Origin: an uncultured Planctomycetaceae bacterium
Lineage (GTDB): Bacteria; Planctomycetota; Planctomycetia; Planctomycetales; Planctomycetaceae
Direction of reading: 5' to 3'
DNA length: 64,000 bases
Assembly (NCBI GenBank): GCA_963815195.1
Contig: CAWFGE010000008.1
Span: 96,001-160,000, forward strand
The notes beneath the pieces are model-generated. The model ran no database searches, was not told the origin of the DNA, and worked only from the letters and a program-made list of their open reading frames with translations. The translations under genes were made by a program, and so were the position numbers. Below, one piece after another: positions 9,771-19,768 of this stretch (positions are counted from its first letter, which is position 1; every line of letters starts with the position of its first letter).

Positions 9771-12471
9771 TTAGTGACGTCGGAAGGCGTTGCTGGCGAC
9801 GATGGCGCGCACAAAGAGGCGCAGCGTGTCGCCCTGGCGTTCAGTTTGCGTGACGATGCCGTCGATCGTCGCTCGGTCGGCGGGTGTCAGGCGACGACCG
9901 AGAGCATAGGCAAGTAACTTCTCGGCCAAGGCCCGGCGAAAGCGATCGGGGCGTTCCAGAGGCGCACGCTTGAACTCGGCGAAACCGGCGAACCGCCGGC
10001 CATCGGGCAAGACGCCGCTGGCGTTGATTCGAGGAGGGCCGCCGCGAGCGAACCAGTTGCGGACTTCGCCGTCTTGCGCCTTGCGCCAAAGACCGATCGC
10101 GTTGAAGTTCTCCAGCGCCAACCCGTAGGGATCGATGCCGTCGTGGCAGGCGGCGCAGGCGGCGATCGTCCGGTGCTTAGCGAGCCGCTCGCGAACCGAG
10201 ACGTTCTTCCCTTCGACGTTCGGCTCGACCTCGCCGACGTTCGGCGGAGGCGTGTCGGGCGGATTGTTAAACAGAACGTCGAGCACGTACGCGCCCCGCT
10301 GTACCGGCCTGGTGCGGTTGCCGTCGCTTCCCCAGCGGTGAACGCCAGCCATACCCAACAGCCCGCCACGGCGCGACTCGGGTGGTAGGGCAACTCGCCG
10401 GAACTCGTCGCCTGCGATCGGCGGCAGGCCGTAGAATCGTGCCAGCCGCTCGTTAGCCATCGTCCAATCCGAGTCGAGAAAGGCGAACACGGTCTGGTCG
10501 TTGCGGAGGAGTTCGCGGAAAAAGTGCAGGGGTTCGGCCTTGAGGTCGCCGTCCAGTCCGGCCAGGTCAGGCCGATGGAATCCGGAATACAGCTCACGGT
10601 CGGGCACGAAGCGATCAAACTCGTCCACCTTGAGCCATTGGGCGGCGAAGTCGCGGGCCAGCGCATCGGATTTTGGGTCAGCCAGCAGGCGGTCGGTCTC
10701 GGTGATTAGCATTGCCGCATTGTTCAACTTCCCACGAGCCGCCGTCTGAAGCAGTGCGTCGTCCGGCAGAGAACTCCACAGAAAGTACGACAGTCGCTCG
10801 GCGAGTTGGAAATCGTCGAACAACTCCGCATCGCGCTGGTTGGCGTCGCTGGCCGATTCGCCCACGTACAAGAAACTCGGCGAGCAAAGCATCGTCGCTA
10901 ATCCCGCGCGAACCGACGCCTCGAATGTCTCGCCCGCGTCCAACTCGTCGGCCACCACGCGGATGATGGTTTCAATCTCCTCGGCGGCGACATTGCGGCG
11001 ATAGGCTCGCGGCAATAGACGGACAAAAATGCGACGTGCGTAATCGACGTCCTTGACGGCGGCAGGCCCCTCGAACAGCACGGTGGTGTGGCTCTGCGGC
11101 GGCCAGCGATCGTACAGTGGCCCCTCGATCTCGATGTAGTCGAGAAGCAATCGGGGCAACTCCTCGGTGTGCAGTGTCGCAGGATTGGGACGGTTCATCC
11201 ACACCGCGCCTTCGGTGCGCATTTGGGCGCGCAGCCGGCCGGCGTTCCGGGCATCGCCGGCCGCCAGAGCCCGTTCGACCTCGCCTTGCATTTGATGGGC
11301 CAGCTCGTTGGCGACCGAAAAGTTCACGCCTCCTTCGAGGAACACGTTCAACTCATCGCTGCCTTCCGGATTGAGCCAAAGGGTCTGCTCGTTTTCCTGC
11401 GGGTTGTCGAGGGTTGCCGTGACCTCACGCCGGAATAAAGTCTGGCCGACGCCGCCACGCCAGACATACATCGCTACCGGCTTTCGGTCGGGGCCCGGAC
11501 TTGCTCCTGCCCGCACGCGAAGCGTGTATTGACCGCGGACGGGGACCAACTTGCCGCCGTGGGAGTGCCGCAGACCGTCTTTCGATCCGGCCGCGCCGTG
11601 CATGATGACGAGGCCGTCGGGGCGGACAATAGTCCAAGGCCGCATCGTGATTTCATAGGGATGGATCGGCGTGCGCTCATATTCAAACCGATGCCGCTCG
11701 GTTGGCACCGGCGGCCTCGACACGTCGCCGATAAGGACCGCCTTTTCGGCGATTTGGACGGCCACGTCGAGATATGCCTCCAGGAGGGACGGATCGACCG
11801 AAAGCCCTCCGGCGAGTTTGTCGAAGCCGTCCAGCTTGCCATCGGGTGGGAGCCGCTCCGTCGGATCTTCGCCAGGCGCGAAGACGACGTGCAGCAGGTC
11901 GCGAACCGAATTTGCGTACTCGGTGCGAGTTAGCCGGCGGATCGTCGCCCGGTGAGCGCCCCCAGAATCGGCAATTGGCGCAGAGCGGAGTCGGAGGGCA
12001 ATCCAACTCGCAACCTGTCGTTGCTCGGCAGCGTCGGGGCGCGGCTCGTCGGTCGGCGGCATTTCACCACGATTCAGACGGTTCATCACTTCAGTCCAAT
12101 TCGTGGAGGACTGAAGGTCGTTGAAGTCGTCGGCAATCGCATCGAGCCTTAATTCGGCTTCGTGTTTTTCGTCCCCGTGACAACGGACGCAGTGGAGATC
12201 GAGGAAGCGGCGCACGCGAGCGAATGACGAATGCGCCGTAGATACGGCGGCCTTAGCGTCGCCCACGGCGGCGAGTTGCGCCAGCGCGTTTCTCGCTGCC
12301 CGGCATGGCGGCAGCGTTGCGTTCGCTTGCGGATCGCTCGTCGACGACAGCGGCCGTGGGCTGCTCCGCCGACGTCCGCTCGGGAGCGGTCGGCCGTCCG
12401 CAGCCGACGAGCCCTGCGGCCAACAGGACGAGCGGCCACGTGCCCCTGGGAATTTGCCGTCCCCGCATCAC
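9771..12471 (-). CDS. DUF1592/DUF1588/DUF1585/DUF1587 planctomycete cytochrome-domain protein; frameshift near 12260
   Basis: CVRCH, RRLTRTEY, RLSYFLWSS.PD, RGGLLG and CAACH; lipoprotein-like N-terminus in ORF 12253-12471. Confidence 0.85.
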
Positions 12472-13652
12472 TCGCCTCCCGAAACCTGGAAGATGCCCGG
12501 CCCACCCCGCGTGACCCAGATTCGGTCAATCACCAGACTTAGATTGTTGTCCTTCGAAGTAAACAAAATCTCGAACGGCAGTTCTTCAGGCGAGGGAGGT
12601 TCCTCACTCCAATCGGAGACCCGGCCGAACGCTGCCAGCGGCACGGTCGCCGTCCGCCACTCACCGGGCTTCATCGGCCACCAGAATCGTTCGTCCTTGA
12701 AGCGATACGTCGCCGTCGATGGAGGCCCTGAATCCCGCGAGCGGGTACTGAGAAAGACCTGAAACCAGTCGGGCTTGGCCAACTTGTAGGTGACGTGAAG
12801 GTGCGTGTCGGAATGGATCGCGAACAGGCCCTGGCTCCATGCCTTGGGAGTGCCAATGTGATAGTACACGCCGTCGCGCTGCCGCACTTCCTGCACGCGA
12901 ACGGCTCCGCGGGAACCAGGCGGCAAATCGTCGCGAGTCAGCTCTGCACGAGTCCAATCTGCGGGCAGTCCCGACTCGAAGTCCTCCTGCCATGTGTCGC
13001 CTGGCCCGGTAGCGACGTTCGTGGCGAGCGGCCCACCCGTTGAGGAAGCCACCAATCGCTGGCCTCCGGCCACTTCAACGCTGGCTCCATCGGCAATGCG
13101 GGTCAGCCGCACGCGACCTGCGGTGACCGACAATTCGGTTACGTCGTGCCGGGCATCCAGTAGAAACTCGGTCCCCAGCACTTCCAGCCGGGCGTTTGCC
13201 GTGGCGACCAGCATCGGTTGCCCCTGGGGCTGCGGAGCCACCGTCGCAGCCACGTTGCCGTGAGCGACGACGAGTCGCTTCTGGCCCGTTCGCTCCTGGT
13301 GGAAACCGATCGAAGTGTCGCCAGCGAGCACTAGGCGAGTGCCTTCGGCAAACACCACCGTCGCGGCGCTTTGGCCATCGTCGGTTGTTAGCCGGTCGCG
13401 TGATCGCAACTCCTCCACCCCCGTAACCACGGAGGTCGATCCATCTTCGCGCACGATGCGAATGCGGCCGTGGAACGCTTCGACCGTGGCCAGCGGCGCA
13501 TCGGTCGTCTCAAACGCCTGCATGAGAATTGCCACAGCGATGACCACGATGGTCGTCAGAGCGACGATCGCCGCTCCGCCGAGCCAGCGTCGTCGGCCAA
13601 ACGGCCTCATGGTTTCAAGTTGCACAGGTTGACCCAATCGATGTCGAACCAA
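12468..13652 (-). CDS. FecR-domain protein, apparently N-terminally truncated
   Basis: TM helix followed by FecR motifs (T.NARLEVLGTEF, LSVTAGRV); no upstream sigma gene. Confidence 0.75.
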   Translation of the reverse strand: MVRHRLGQPVQLETMRPFGRRRWLGGAAIVALTTIVVIAVAILMQAFETTDAPLATVEAFHGRIRIVREDGSTSVVTGVEELRSRDRLTTDDGQSAATVVFAEGTRLVLAGDTSIGFHQERTGQKRLVVAHGNVAATVAPQPQGQPMLVATANARLEVLGTEFLLDARHDVTELSVTAGRVRLTRIADGASVEVAGGQRLVASSTGGPLATNVATGPGDTWQEDFESGLPADWTRAELTRDDLPPGSRGAVRVQEVRQRDGVYYHIGTPKAWSQGLFAIHSDTHLHVTYKLAKPDWFQVFLSTRSRDSGPPSTATYRFKDERFWWPMKPGEWRTATVPLAAFGRVSDWSEEPPSPEELPFEILFTSKDNNLSLVIDRIWVTRGGPGIFQVSGGE

Positions 13653-13675
13653 TTCCTGATGAAAGGTCCTCAGCC

Positions 13676-14161
13676 ATGAAACACATGATTCACCTTGCTT
13701 GCCTTACCGTCGCATTGTGTCTGCTCGCCCAGAACGCCTTCGCCGGCGGTCCGCCGCCGAATTGGAAAGTGTTCGCCGCGGGCAGCACGGATGGGCCGGG
13801 CGACGAGTCGATTGGTCCCGACGTGGATGAGTTCGCCGGGTTCTCGACCCATTTGGGGAGATTCACCGGCGAGGGAGAACATTTCTTGAACCCGAAGGCC
13901 GGCACGTTCGTGGGCTATGCCACCTACACGGCCTCGAACGGCGACCAACTCTTCGTGGAATATGCCGGAGGCATCGTGGGCGTCGATCCCGATCCCGAAG
14001 CGGCCTACCCTTTCCTCGTAGCAGCCGAATTTGAAGTCGTCGGCGGCACCGGCCGGTTGGCCAACGCCCAGGGCAGCGCCCACATGACGGGCGGCTTCAC
14101 CGGCATACCGGGCGATTTGTACTTCGGACTCAAGGGCACTTTGCATCCGCAAGGGAAGTGA
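13676..14161 (+). CDS. Secreted hypothetical protein
   Basis: Signal peptide; beta-rich with GGTGRLANAQG motif; aaagg RBS. Confidence 0.75.
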   Translation: MKHMIHLACLTVALCLLAQNAFAGGPPPNWKVFAAGSTDGPGDESIGPDVDEFAGFSTHLGRFTGEGEHFLNPKAGTFVGYATYTASNGDQLFVEYAGGIVGVDPDPEAAYPFLVAAEFEVVGGTGRLANAQGSAHMTGGFTGIPGDLYFGLKGTLHPQGK

Positions 14162-14371
14162 GAACCTTAGACGTTCTGCGATCGGCTCGGGAAAACGCGC
14201 TCCTGCACCCTTGTCGGATTAGTGAAAAACACATAAATCATAGGTTCGATGTCCGGTTCGCTCCCCGAGCCAAACAGTACCATTTCGACTCACCCGGGCA
14301 GTTTCAAAATCGAACTTTCGAGGTTATGACCTCTCTTTGGAATTTCGAAGAGGGCCCGGTTCCCTCCACTG

Positions 14372-14410
14372 AACCCCTGGATCGCAACCCCGCGACCCAG
14401 GGGTTTTCTC
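14372..14410 (+). terminator. Hairpin, probable intrinsic terminator
   Basis: aacccctggatcgc / gcgacccaggggtt followed by ttctctt. Confidence 0.5.
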
Positions 14411-15101
14411 TTGCGCGGGCCGAGACAATTGCAAAATCGGCCAACTTATCCCAAGTTGCGGCAACAACTTACACCGTGAGCCAGCCGTGGCTTGTCTCAC
14501 GTGTTTGCGAATGGAGACACACGATTCGGCGTCGAATGGGATCGCCCGAAAGCTCTCGACGCTTTCGCCGAGAGCCGACCCTGGGGTTATGGCTTTTTGT
14601 CTCCATGTCTCTACGCTCATTACCCAGGAAAAAGTGCGAAACTGGCGACCCGGAGGTTATGAAGGCGAGATATTCTGCCGGGTAATGAGGTCGAGACATT
14701 TTACGGTCGCAAGAAGCGGGATTCGCGGCGGGAACATCATCGAGCGGACTCGCGTTTTTCAGTGTCCCATCAATGCCTTTGAAGCCGGTCGGGTTGCCGA
14801 CGGGGAGCACGGCGGCCGCGGCTTGGGGCCGTTGTCCGCCTCAGCCACGCCGGACCGCGATGGTTGCGTGCGAAATGGGACCGTCTATGGGCATCGCGAG
14901 TCATCAACGAGTCCCAGCGACGCAGCATCCTTTCAGAATATCACCCGCTCCCATCGCGTCTTGGAAATGAATTCGTGCCTGGGAGGATTTTTTGGCAAAA
15001 TCCTTGAATTCCCGAAAAAAATCGTTGGTCGATATTTGCCAAACGACTATTATGACTAATGTTCATGTTGCGCGGCCGACACATCCCCCAAATGGAATTC
15101 C

Positions 15102-16424
15102 ATGATGGCCGACCTCATCAAAACGCTCGAAGAGTTGGCGGAGCTTCCCCCAAACGCATTGGAGAAGTGCGACGTCGCCTTGCTCAATCTCTGGGCCGCC
15201 CACGGATTGCCGGGAACGGAAGATCTCAACATCGCCACGATTTTGAATACGCTCGACGAATGGGCGGAGAAGGTCCAATGGGAAATCTGGCGGCACATCT
15301 ATCGCCTTGACCCTCGGACCGTGGTACCGCCAACGGAATTCAGTTACGGGAATTCCTTGGGGCGTTTTTTCTGTTGGTACTTGCTGCAAGTGCTCCAAGA
15401 GGATTGCGGCGTCGCTTATCACCCCGACCGCAAATTCAATCCCGATTTCTGCCAACCCGAAGATGTGTTTATTCATGGGATGATTGTCGAAGGCGGTCGA
15501 GGCGGAACTTGTGCCTCCATGCCCGTGTTGTATGTCGCTGTCGGGCGGCGGATTGGGTTGCCGCTTTATCTTGTCGGAACGCGGGGCCACCTCTTCTTCC
15601 GTTGGGACGATCCCAAAGGCACAACAATCGACTGGGATCGACAAGGCTTGCACCTCTGGATTCCACCGGATCGGTTCAATGTGGAAGGTTCCGGCGAGGG
15701 CATCGCATATCGTGCCGATTCGCACTACATCCAATGGCCGGAGTTGTGGACGGAGGTGGACTTCAACCACGGTCGTTATCTGCGTTCCCAGAGCGCTGCC
15801 GAAGACGTGGCGGATTTTCTGATGCAACGCAGCGAATGCTTCTACGAACTGGGGAACTGCGAAGAGTGCCTGAAGGCCATCTATTACGCCAGCAAGTTCT
15901 CGCCGGACGATCCGCGGCTCAAAGGAACTCACGCCAAGCGGACAAAAGAGTTTCAGGAGAAAATCCGGCGAGCCGAGTCGATTCAGGAAATCGACGCTTG
16001 GAGCCGCGAACAACGAGCCAAAGCGAAACCCGCGATTCCAGGACACGATCTTCAATGCCGTTGCGAACGCTGCCGGAAGGTGCGGTTGATCGAACAATCG
16101 CGGCCCACGGATCACGGCGGTTCTTGCAATTGCTGGCACTGTCGGCAAATCCGCACGATTCAAGAAGCTGAACCCCAAGGCATCCCAAATCACCACCCAA
16201 CGTGCCAGTGCCTTCGCTGCCAAAACGCCCGGAAAAATGTCGATGCTCACACGGGCTTGCCTGGGCATCCGGCGTCGTGTTCCTGTTTCGATTGTCAACA
16301 ACAACGCCGAATGCCATCGCCGATCTACGCGAAACCGCCTCTACCAGCAACGCCTCGCCTTCCCGGCGTGCCCCATCAACCAATCGTCAATCGCCACCAC
16401 CCGCCTGGATTGCCGGGAACGTGA
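15102..16424 (+). CDS. Transglutaminase-like (SirB1/Transglut_core2-like) protein with four Cys/His repeats and a Pro-rich tail
   Basis: GGTCASMPVLYVAVGRRIGLPL..V...GHLFFRW...NVE; four H-x3-CxC-x2-C motifs. Confidence 0.75.
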   Translation: MMADLIKTLEELAELPPNALEKCDVALLNLWAAHGLPGTEDLNIATILNTLDEWAEKVQWEIWRHIYRLDPRTVVPPTEFSYGNSLGRFFCWYLLQVLQEDCGVAYHPDRKFNPDFCQPEDVFIHGMIVEGGRGGTCASMPVLYVAVGRRIGLPLYLVGTRGHLFFRWDDPKGTTIDWDRQGLHLWIPPDRFNVEGSGEGIAYRADSHYIQWPELWTEVDFNHGRYLRSQSAAEDVADFLMQRSECFYELGNCEECLKAIYYASKFSPDDPRLKGTHAKRTKEFQEKIRRAESIQEIDAWSREQRAKAKPAIPGHDLQCRCERCRKVRLIEQSRPTDHGGSCNCWHCRQIRTIQEAEPQGIPNHHPTCQCLRCQNARKNVDAHTGLPGHPASCSCFDCQQQRRMPSPIYAKPPLPATPRLPGVPHQPIVNRHHPPGLPGT

Positions 16425-16446
16425 TCTTCAACCAAGGAGACTCAAA

Positions 16447-17190
16447 ATGTATCAGCCGACACTTGGCAGATTCACCGCGCGTGACCCGATGCCTGAAAAC
16501 GGTGTACTCGTAGGGGGGATTCCACAAAGTTCTTATTGGTATGCGAATAATAATCCCGTAAACTTCGTTGATCCCAGTGGTCTTCAGAGCAAGAACCCGT
16601 ATTCGGTAGCTTATCCCGAGGGGCCAGGTTTTGTATTTCCAACAACGACGGACGAACCCGAATTCCCGGCGGTACCAACTTTTCCAGAAGCAGGTAAAGA
16701 AGGAAAGGCGTTCAAGAACGCAAGGACTCTGCTGGGCATCAATTGTCTAGAGTATCTGAGTTGTCCATCAAGAAAAGATGCTCGCCAAAAGCCAATTCCA
16801 AACATCGGCCCGCCTCCAAAACCCATTCCAGTTGGCCCAACTGGTGGATACTCAAAGTTCTATGGAAAGCCATCGAAGGAGCCGATCGGTGGTGGGGGAG
16901 CTGATCCGTGCGCGGTCGTCGTCTTGCGTTGCAAGCGAGGGGCGGCCGTTTTTCACTTTACCCCCGGAGACGATCCGTTCGAGACATTAGGGTGGAGCAG
17001 CTTAATCGGAAGAACCATAGATTGGAAGGGATGCGAGGCGATTGTTTGCGGGGGAGATGATACAACTCAGTCTAACTGCCTCCACGACGATGTTTTGGCT
17101 GCGTTGAAGTCAGTCGGAATCAAGGTTCTAGGCGTTTCTCCTTTTTCCAGCTGTGGACTGAATCCCGATGGAACATGGTATCAAACCTAG
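16447..17190 (+). CDS. Mini-Rhs protein 1: Rhs core terminal motif plus CheD/CNF1-like C-terminal domain
   Basis: AAGGAG RBS; MYQPTLGRFTARDP...YWYANNNPVNFVDPSGL; DPCAVVVL..AAVFHF..EAIVCGG. Confidence 0.8.
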   Translation: MYQPTLGRFTARDPMPENGVLVGGIPQSSYWYANNNPVNFVDPSGLQSKNPYSVAYPEGPGFVFPTTTDEPEFPAVPTFPEAGKEGKAFKNARTLLGINCLEYLSCPSRKDARQKPIPNIGPPPKPIPVGPTGGYSKFYGKPSKEPIGGGGADPCAVVVLRCKRGAAVFHFTPGDDPFETLGWSSLIGRTIDWKGCEAIVCGGDDTTQSNCLHDDVLAALKSVGIKVLGVSPFSSCGLNPDGTWYQT

Positions 17191-17812
17191 AACGGCTGCA
17201 AGACTCCGTTGGGTCTTTATGGTGATTGTTTTCATTGCTCCTTTCATCGGGATTTGGATCCGTCAAATACGAGTTGAGCAAATCAAGGTGGAAGGTGCGC
17301 GGATGAGGGGTCAGCTTGCGCAGATTCATTTAGCGTTAAATAACTTTGAAACGGTGAATGGTCATCCATTGCCGAGATTGATGCAATCGAAGGATGGAAC
17401 AACCGTAAGTTGGCGGGAGCGACTCATCCCCTACCTCTATGATATCTATGACAAAAAAGAACATCCTGAATTGCTCACCGAAAATGCTCCAATTTGGTAT
17501 CGTAGCCGATCGGATTCGAGCGATCCCACCTTCACAAGCATCGTAGCCGTTTATGACCCCGACAACAACGGCGACAATTCGCAAAGAAACTTCGCTGTCG
17601 TGGCTATGGCGGAGACTGGTATTCGCTGGAGGTCTCCGCAGGATTTCACGTTGGCTGACTTTGCAAAGCTTTTGTCTCAAAGAGATTCGTCGAGTCAAAA
17701 CCCGATCACCGTAATAAGCGCATCTGGAAAGTCATTGTCTTTTGTCGATGGCGGGTTAGTCACATATAATCTTGAGCATCAAGAAGAATTAAGCGAGTTG
17801 TTGTTTCGCTAA
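17168..17812 (+). CDS. DUF1559-like membrane-anchored protein, candidate immunity/partner
   Basis: N-terminal TM helix; QLAQIHLALNNFE, SWRERLIPYL and W.SP.D motifs; overlaps the upstream stop. Confidence 0.65.
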   Translation: MEHGIKPRTAARLRWVFMVIVFIAPFIGIWIRQIRVEQIKVEGARMRGQLAQIHLALNNFETVNGHPLPRLMQSKDGTTVSWRERLIPYLYDIYDKKEHPELLTENAPIWYRSRSDSSDPTFTSIVAVYDPDNNGDNSQRNFAVVAMAETGIRWRSPQDFTLADFAKLLSQRDSSSQNPITVISASGKSLSFVDGGLVTYNLEHQEELSELLFR

Positions 17813-17895
17813 AGCCTTACTCAACGAACAGAAGTAAAGTGACGTGTAATTCATGGTTTGGGCCTCGTTTACTTGGGTGCGAGTCGTAGAGTGAA

Positions 17896-19672
17896 CCCGG
17901 ATTATTCACCTAAAAAGCTGAAGAAAGAAGGAACCATCGCGTAACCCTCTGCGTCTTTAGTGGTATATGCAATCCCGATTCCATACGGAGGTATCACGCG
18001 ATGGGTGAAGCTCAGACTAGCGTTTTCGATCCCGATTTCAATCGTTCCATCAAGGTCAAAGCCGTCGATCAGCGGCTCACGTCACACGCCGGTGCCGTTC
18101 TGCTGCGGGACTTCGATCATCAACTCGGACTGACCGAATCGCTCGCCGATCGATTGATCGATCCCCGCCGGCAAGACCGCATCCGCTATCAGGGCGTCGA
18201 ACTGCTGCGGGAAAGAATCTATGCCATGGCCATGGGGGACGCTCATCAGGATGATCTTGACCGGCTCGCCCATGATCCCGCCATCAAGATGGCCGCCTGG
18301 GACCGTCCCGGCGAAGAGGTCCTCAACCAACGCATGGCCAGCCAACCCACGCAATCCCGCCTCATCGATTGGTTGGCCGACTGCAAAACGAATCTCGAGG
18401 CCGTGCGGAGCGCCTTGTTCGACTGGACCCATCGGCATATCAAGAGCACCGACCACAGCGATCGCCGCGTCCGCTACGCCACCATCGACATCGACAGCTT
18501 CCCGATCCAGGTTTACGGCCATCAGGCGGGGGCCAGCTACAACGGCTACTACAAAGAAATCGTCTATCATCCGATGGTCGCCAGTTTCTCGGTCGGCGGC
18601 GATTACGACAGCACGCGGGAAGGATAGCGGCTGGGAAACGGATTCATTCATGCGGTCTTGCGGCAAGGCAACGTGCATACGGCCAATGGCATCCGGCGGT
18701 TTATTCGCAACGTCGTCGAAAAGGCCCGGCAACTGGCGTGGAGCTTCGACCTGCGGCTCGATGCGGGTTACATCGCCGGCCCGGTGCTGGATGAGTTGAC
18801 CGACGAAAACATCCGTTTTTGCGGGAGAATCAAGAAGAACAACGTCCTGGAAACGTTGGCCGAGCCGCATTTGAAGCGTCCGGTCGGACGGCCGCCGAAA
18901 GGTGGATACGAGGACGTAATCGAACTCGGAAAGTACCAGGCCGAAGGCTGGCGTCATGCCCAGCGGGTGATTCTGGTGATCGTCGACAAGCCGGATGCGA
19001 AGACGGGCCAATTGGAATTGTTTCCGCGTTACTTCTTCCTGATCACGAACTGGACGAGGAGAACGCTCGGGGGATGAGGTGCTGTCGCACTACCGCAAGC
19101 GCGGCACGTTCGAGGACCGGCTGGGCGAATTCAACGAGGCGATCGGCTGCCGTCTTTCGTCGTCGGAGTTTGCGGAGAACGAGGTCACGTTGCTGTTGGG
19201 CCTGCTGGCTTTCAACCTGTCGTCGATGATGCGATCGAGTTCGAAGACGAGTTAGGCGGTTGCTGGGATCTGCGTCGTTTCCAGCAGTCGGTGCTGCGGA
19301 CAGGCAGCGCGGGTGGCGAAGCGTTCCCGCCGGCTGGTGATCTACATTGAGCAAAGCGTGCGACCATTTTGGGCAGCGATGGCTTCCCGCATCCGTTCGC
19401 TTCGTCTGGCCGACCTCTGGCCGCGTCCCCGCGGCGTTCGCCCGCGGGCCTACACACCTCTCCCACGTCACGCCCATGAGCAACTGGTTCTTCGGGACTG
19501 AGCTGTTCGCCGTCGTGGCATCCGCCTTTCTATTTCTTTCCTTCACTCACCCAACCATCGCCAGGCCCCTGGGGGAAAGGGGGCGGTCCGCCCATCCTCC
19601 GCTCCCCAACCACCCTGTGCACTTTCCGCCACGGAAATACTCACCACGCACGGACCTGATGAATAATCCGGG
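17896..19672 (+). mobile_element. IS1380-family insertion sequence, 1777 bp
   Basis: Perfect 13-bp TIR CCCGGATTATTCA / TGAATAATCCGGG; 5-bp TSD GTGAA at 17891-17895 and 19673-19677. Confidence 0.92.
18001..19501 (+). pseudogene. IS1380 transposase with in-frame TAG (18625-18627) and frameshifts after ~19070
   Basis: LTSHAGAVLL, ASQPTQSR, IDIDS, YNGYY, RLDAGY and Y..RG..E motifs in broken frames. Confidence 0.88.
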
Positions 19673-19768
19673 GTGAAGCAGAGGGCCATCGGATTTAACC
19701 AGTTATCAATCGCCATCAGCCGCCCGGATTGCCGGGCACTTAATCCTCTATCGCGCAGGAGAATTAAA

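Noticed and set aside
16237..16446. 70-aa N-terminal extension of mini-Rhs 1 (and 19673-19768 for cassette 2)
   Set aside because: Overlaps the upstream gene, and conservation follows that gene's frame; RBSs point to ATG 16447 and 19769
18625..18627. TAG readthrough or pyrrolysine in the transposase
   Set aside because: TAG is used as a normal stop elsewhere and the gene has other lesions
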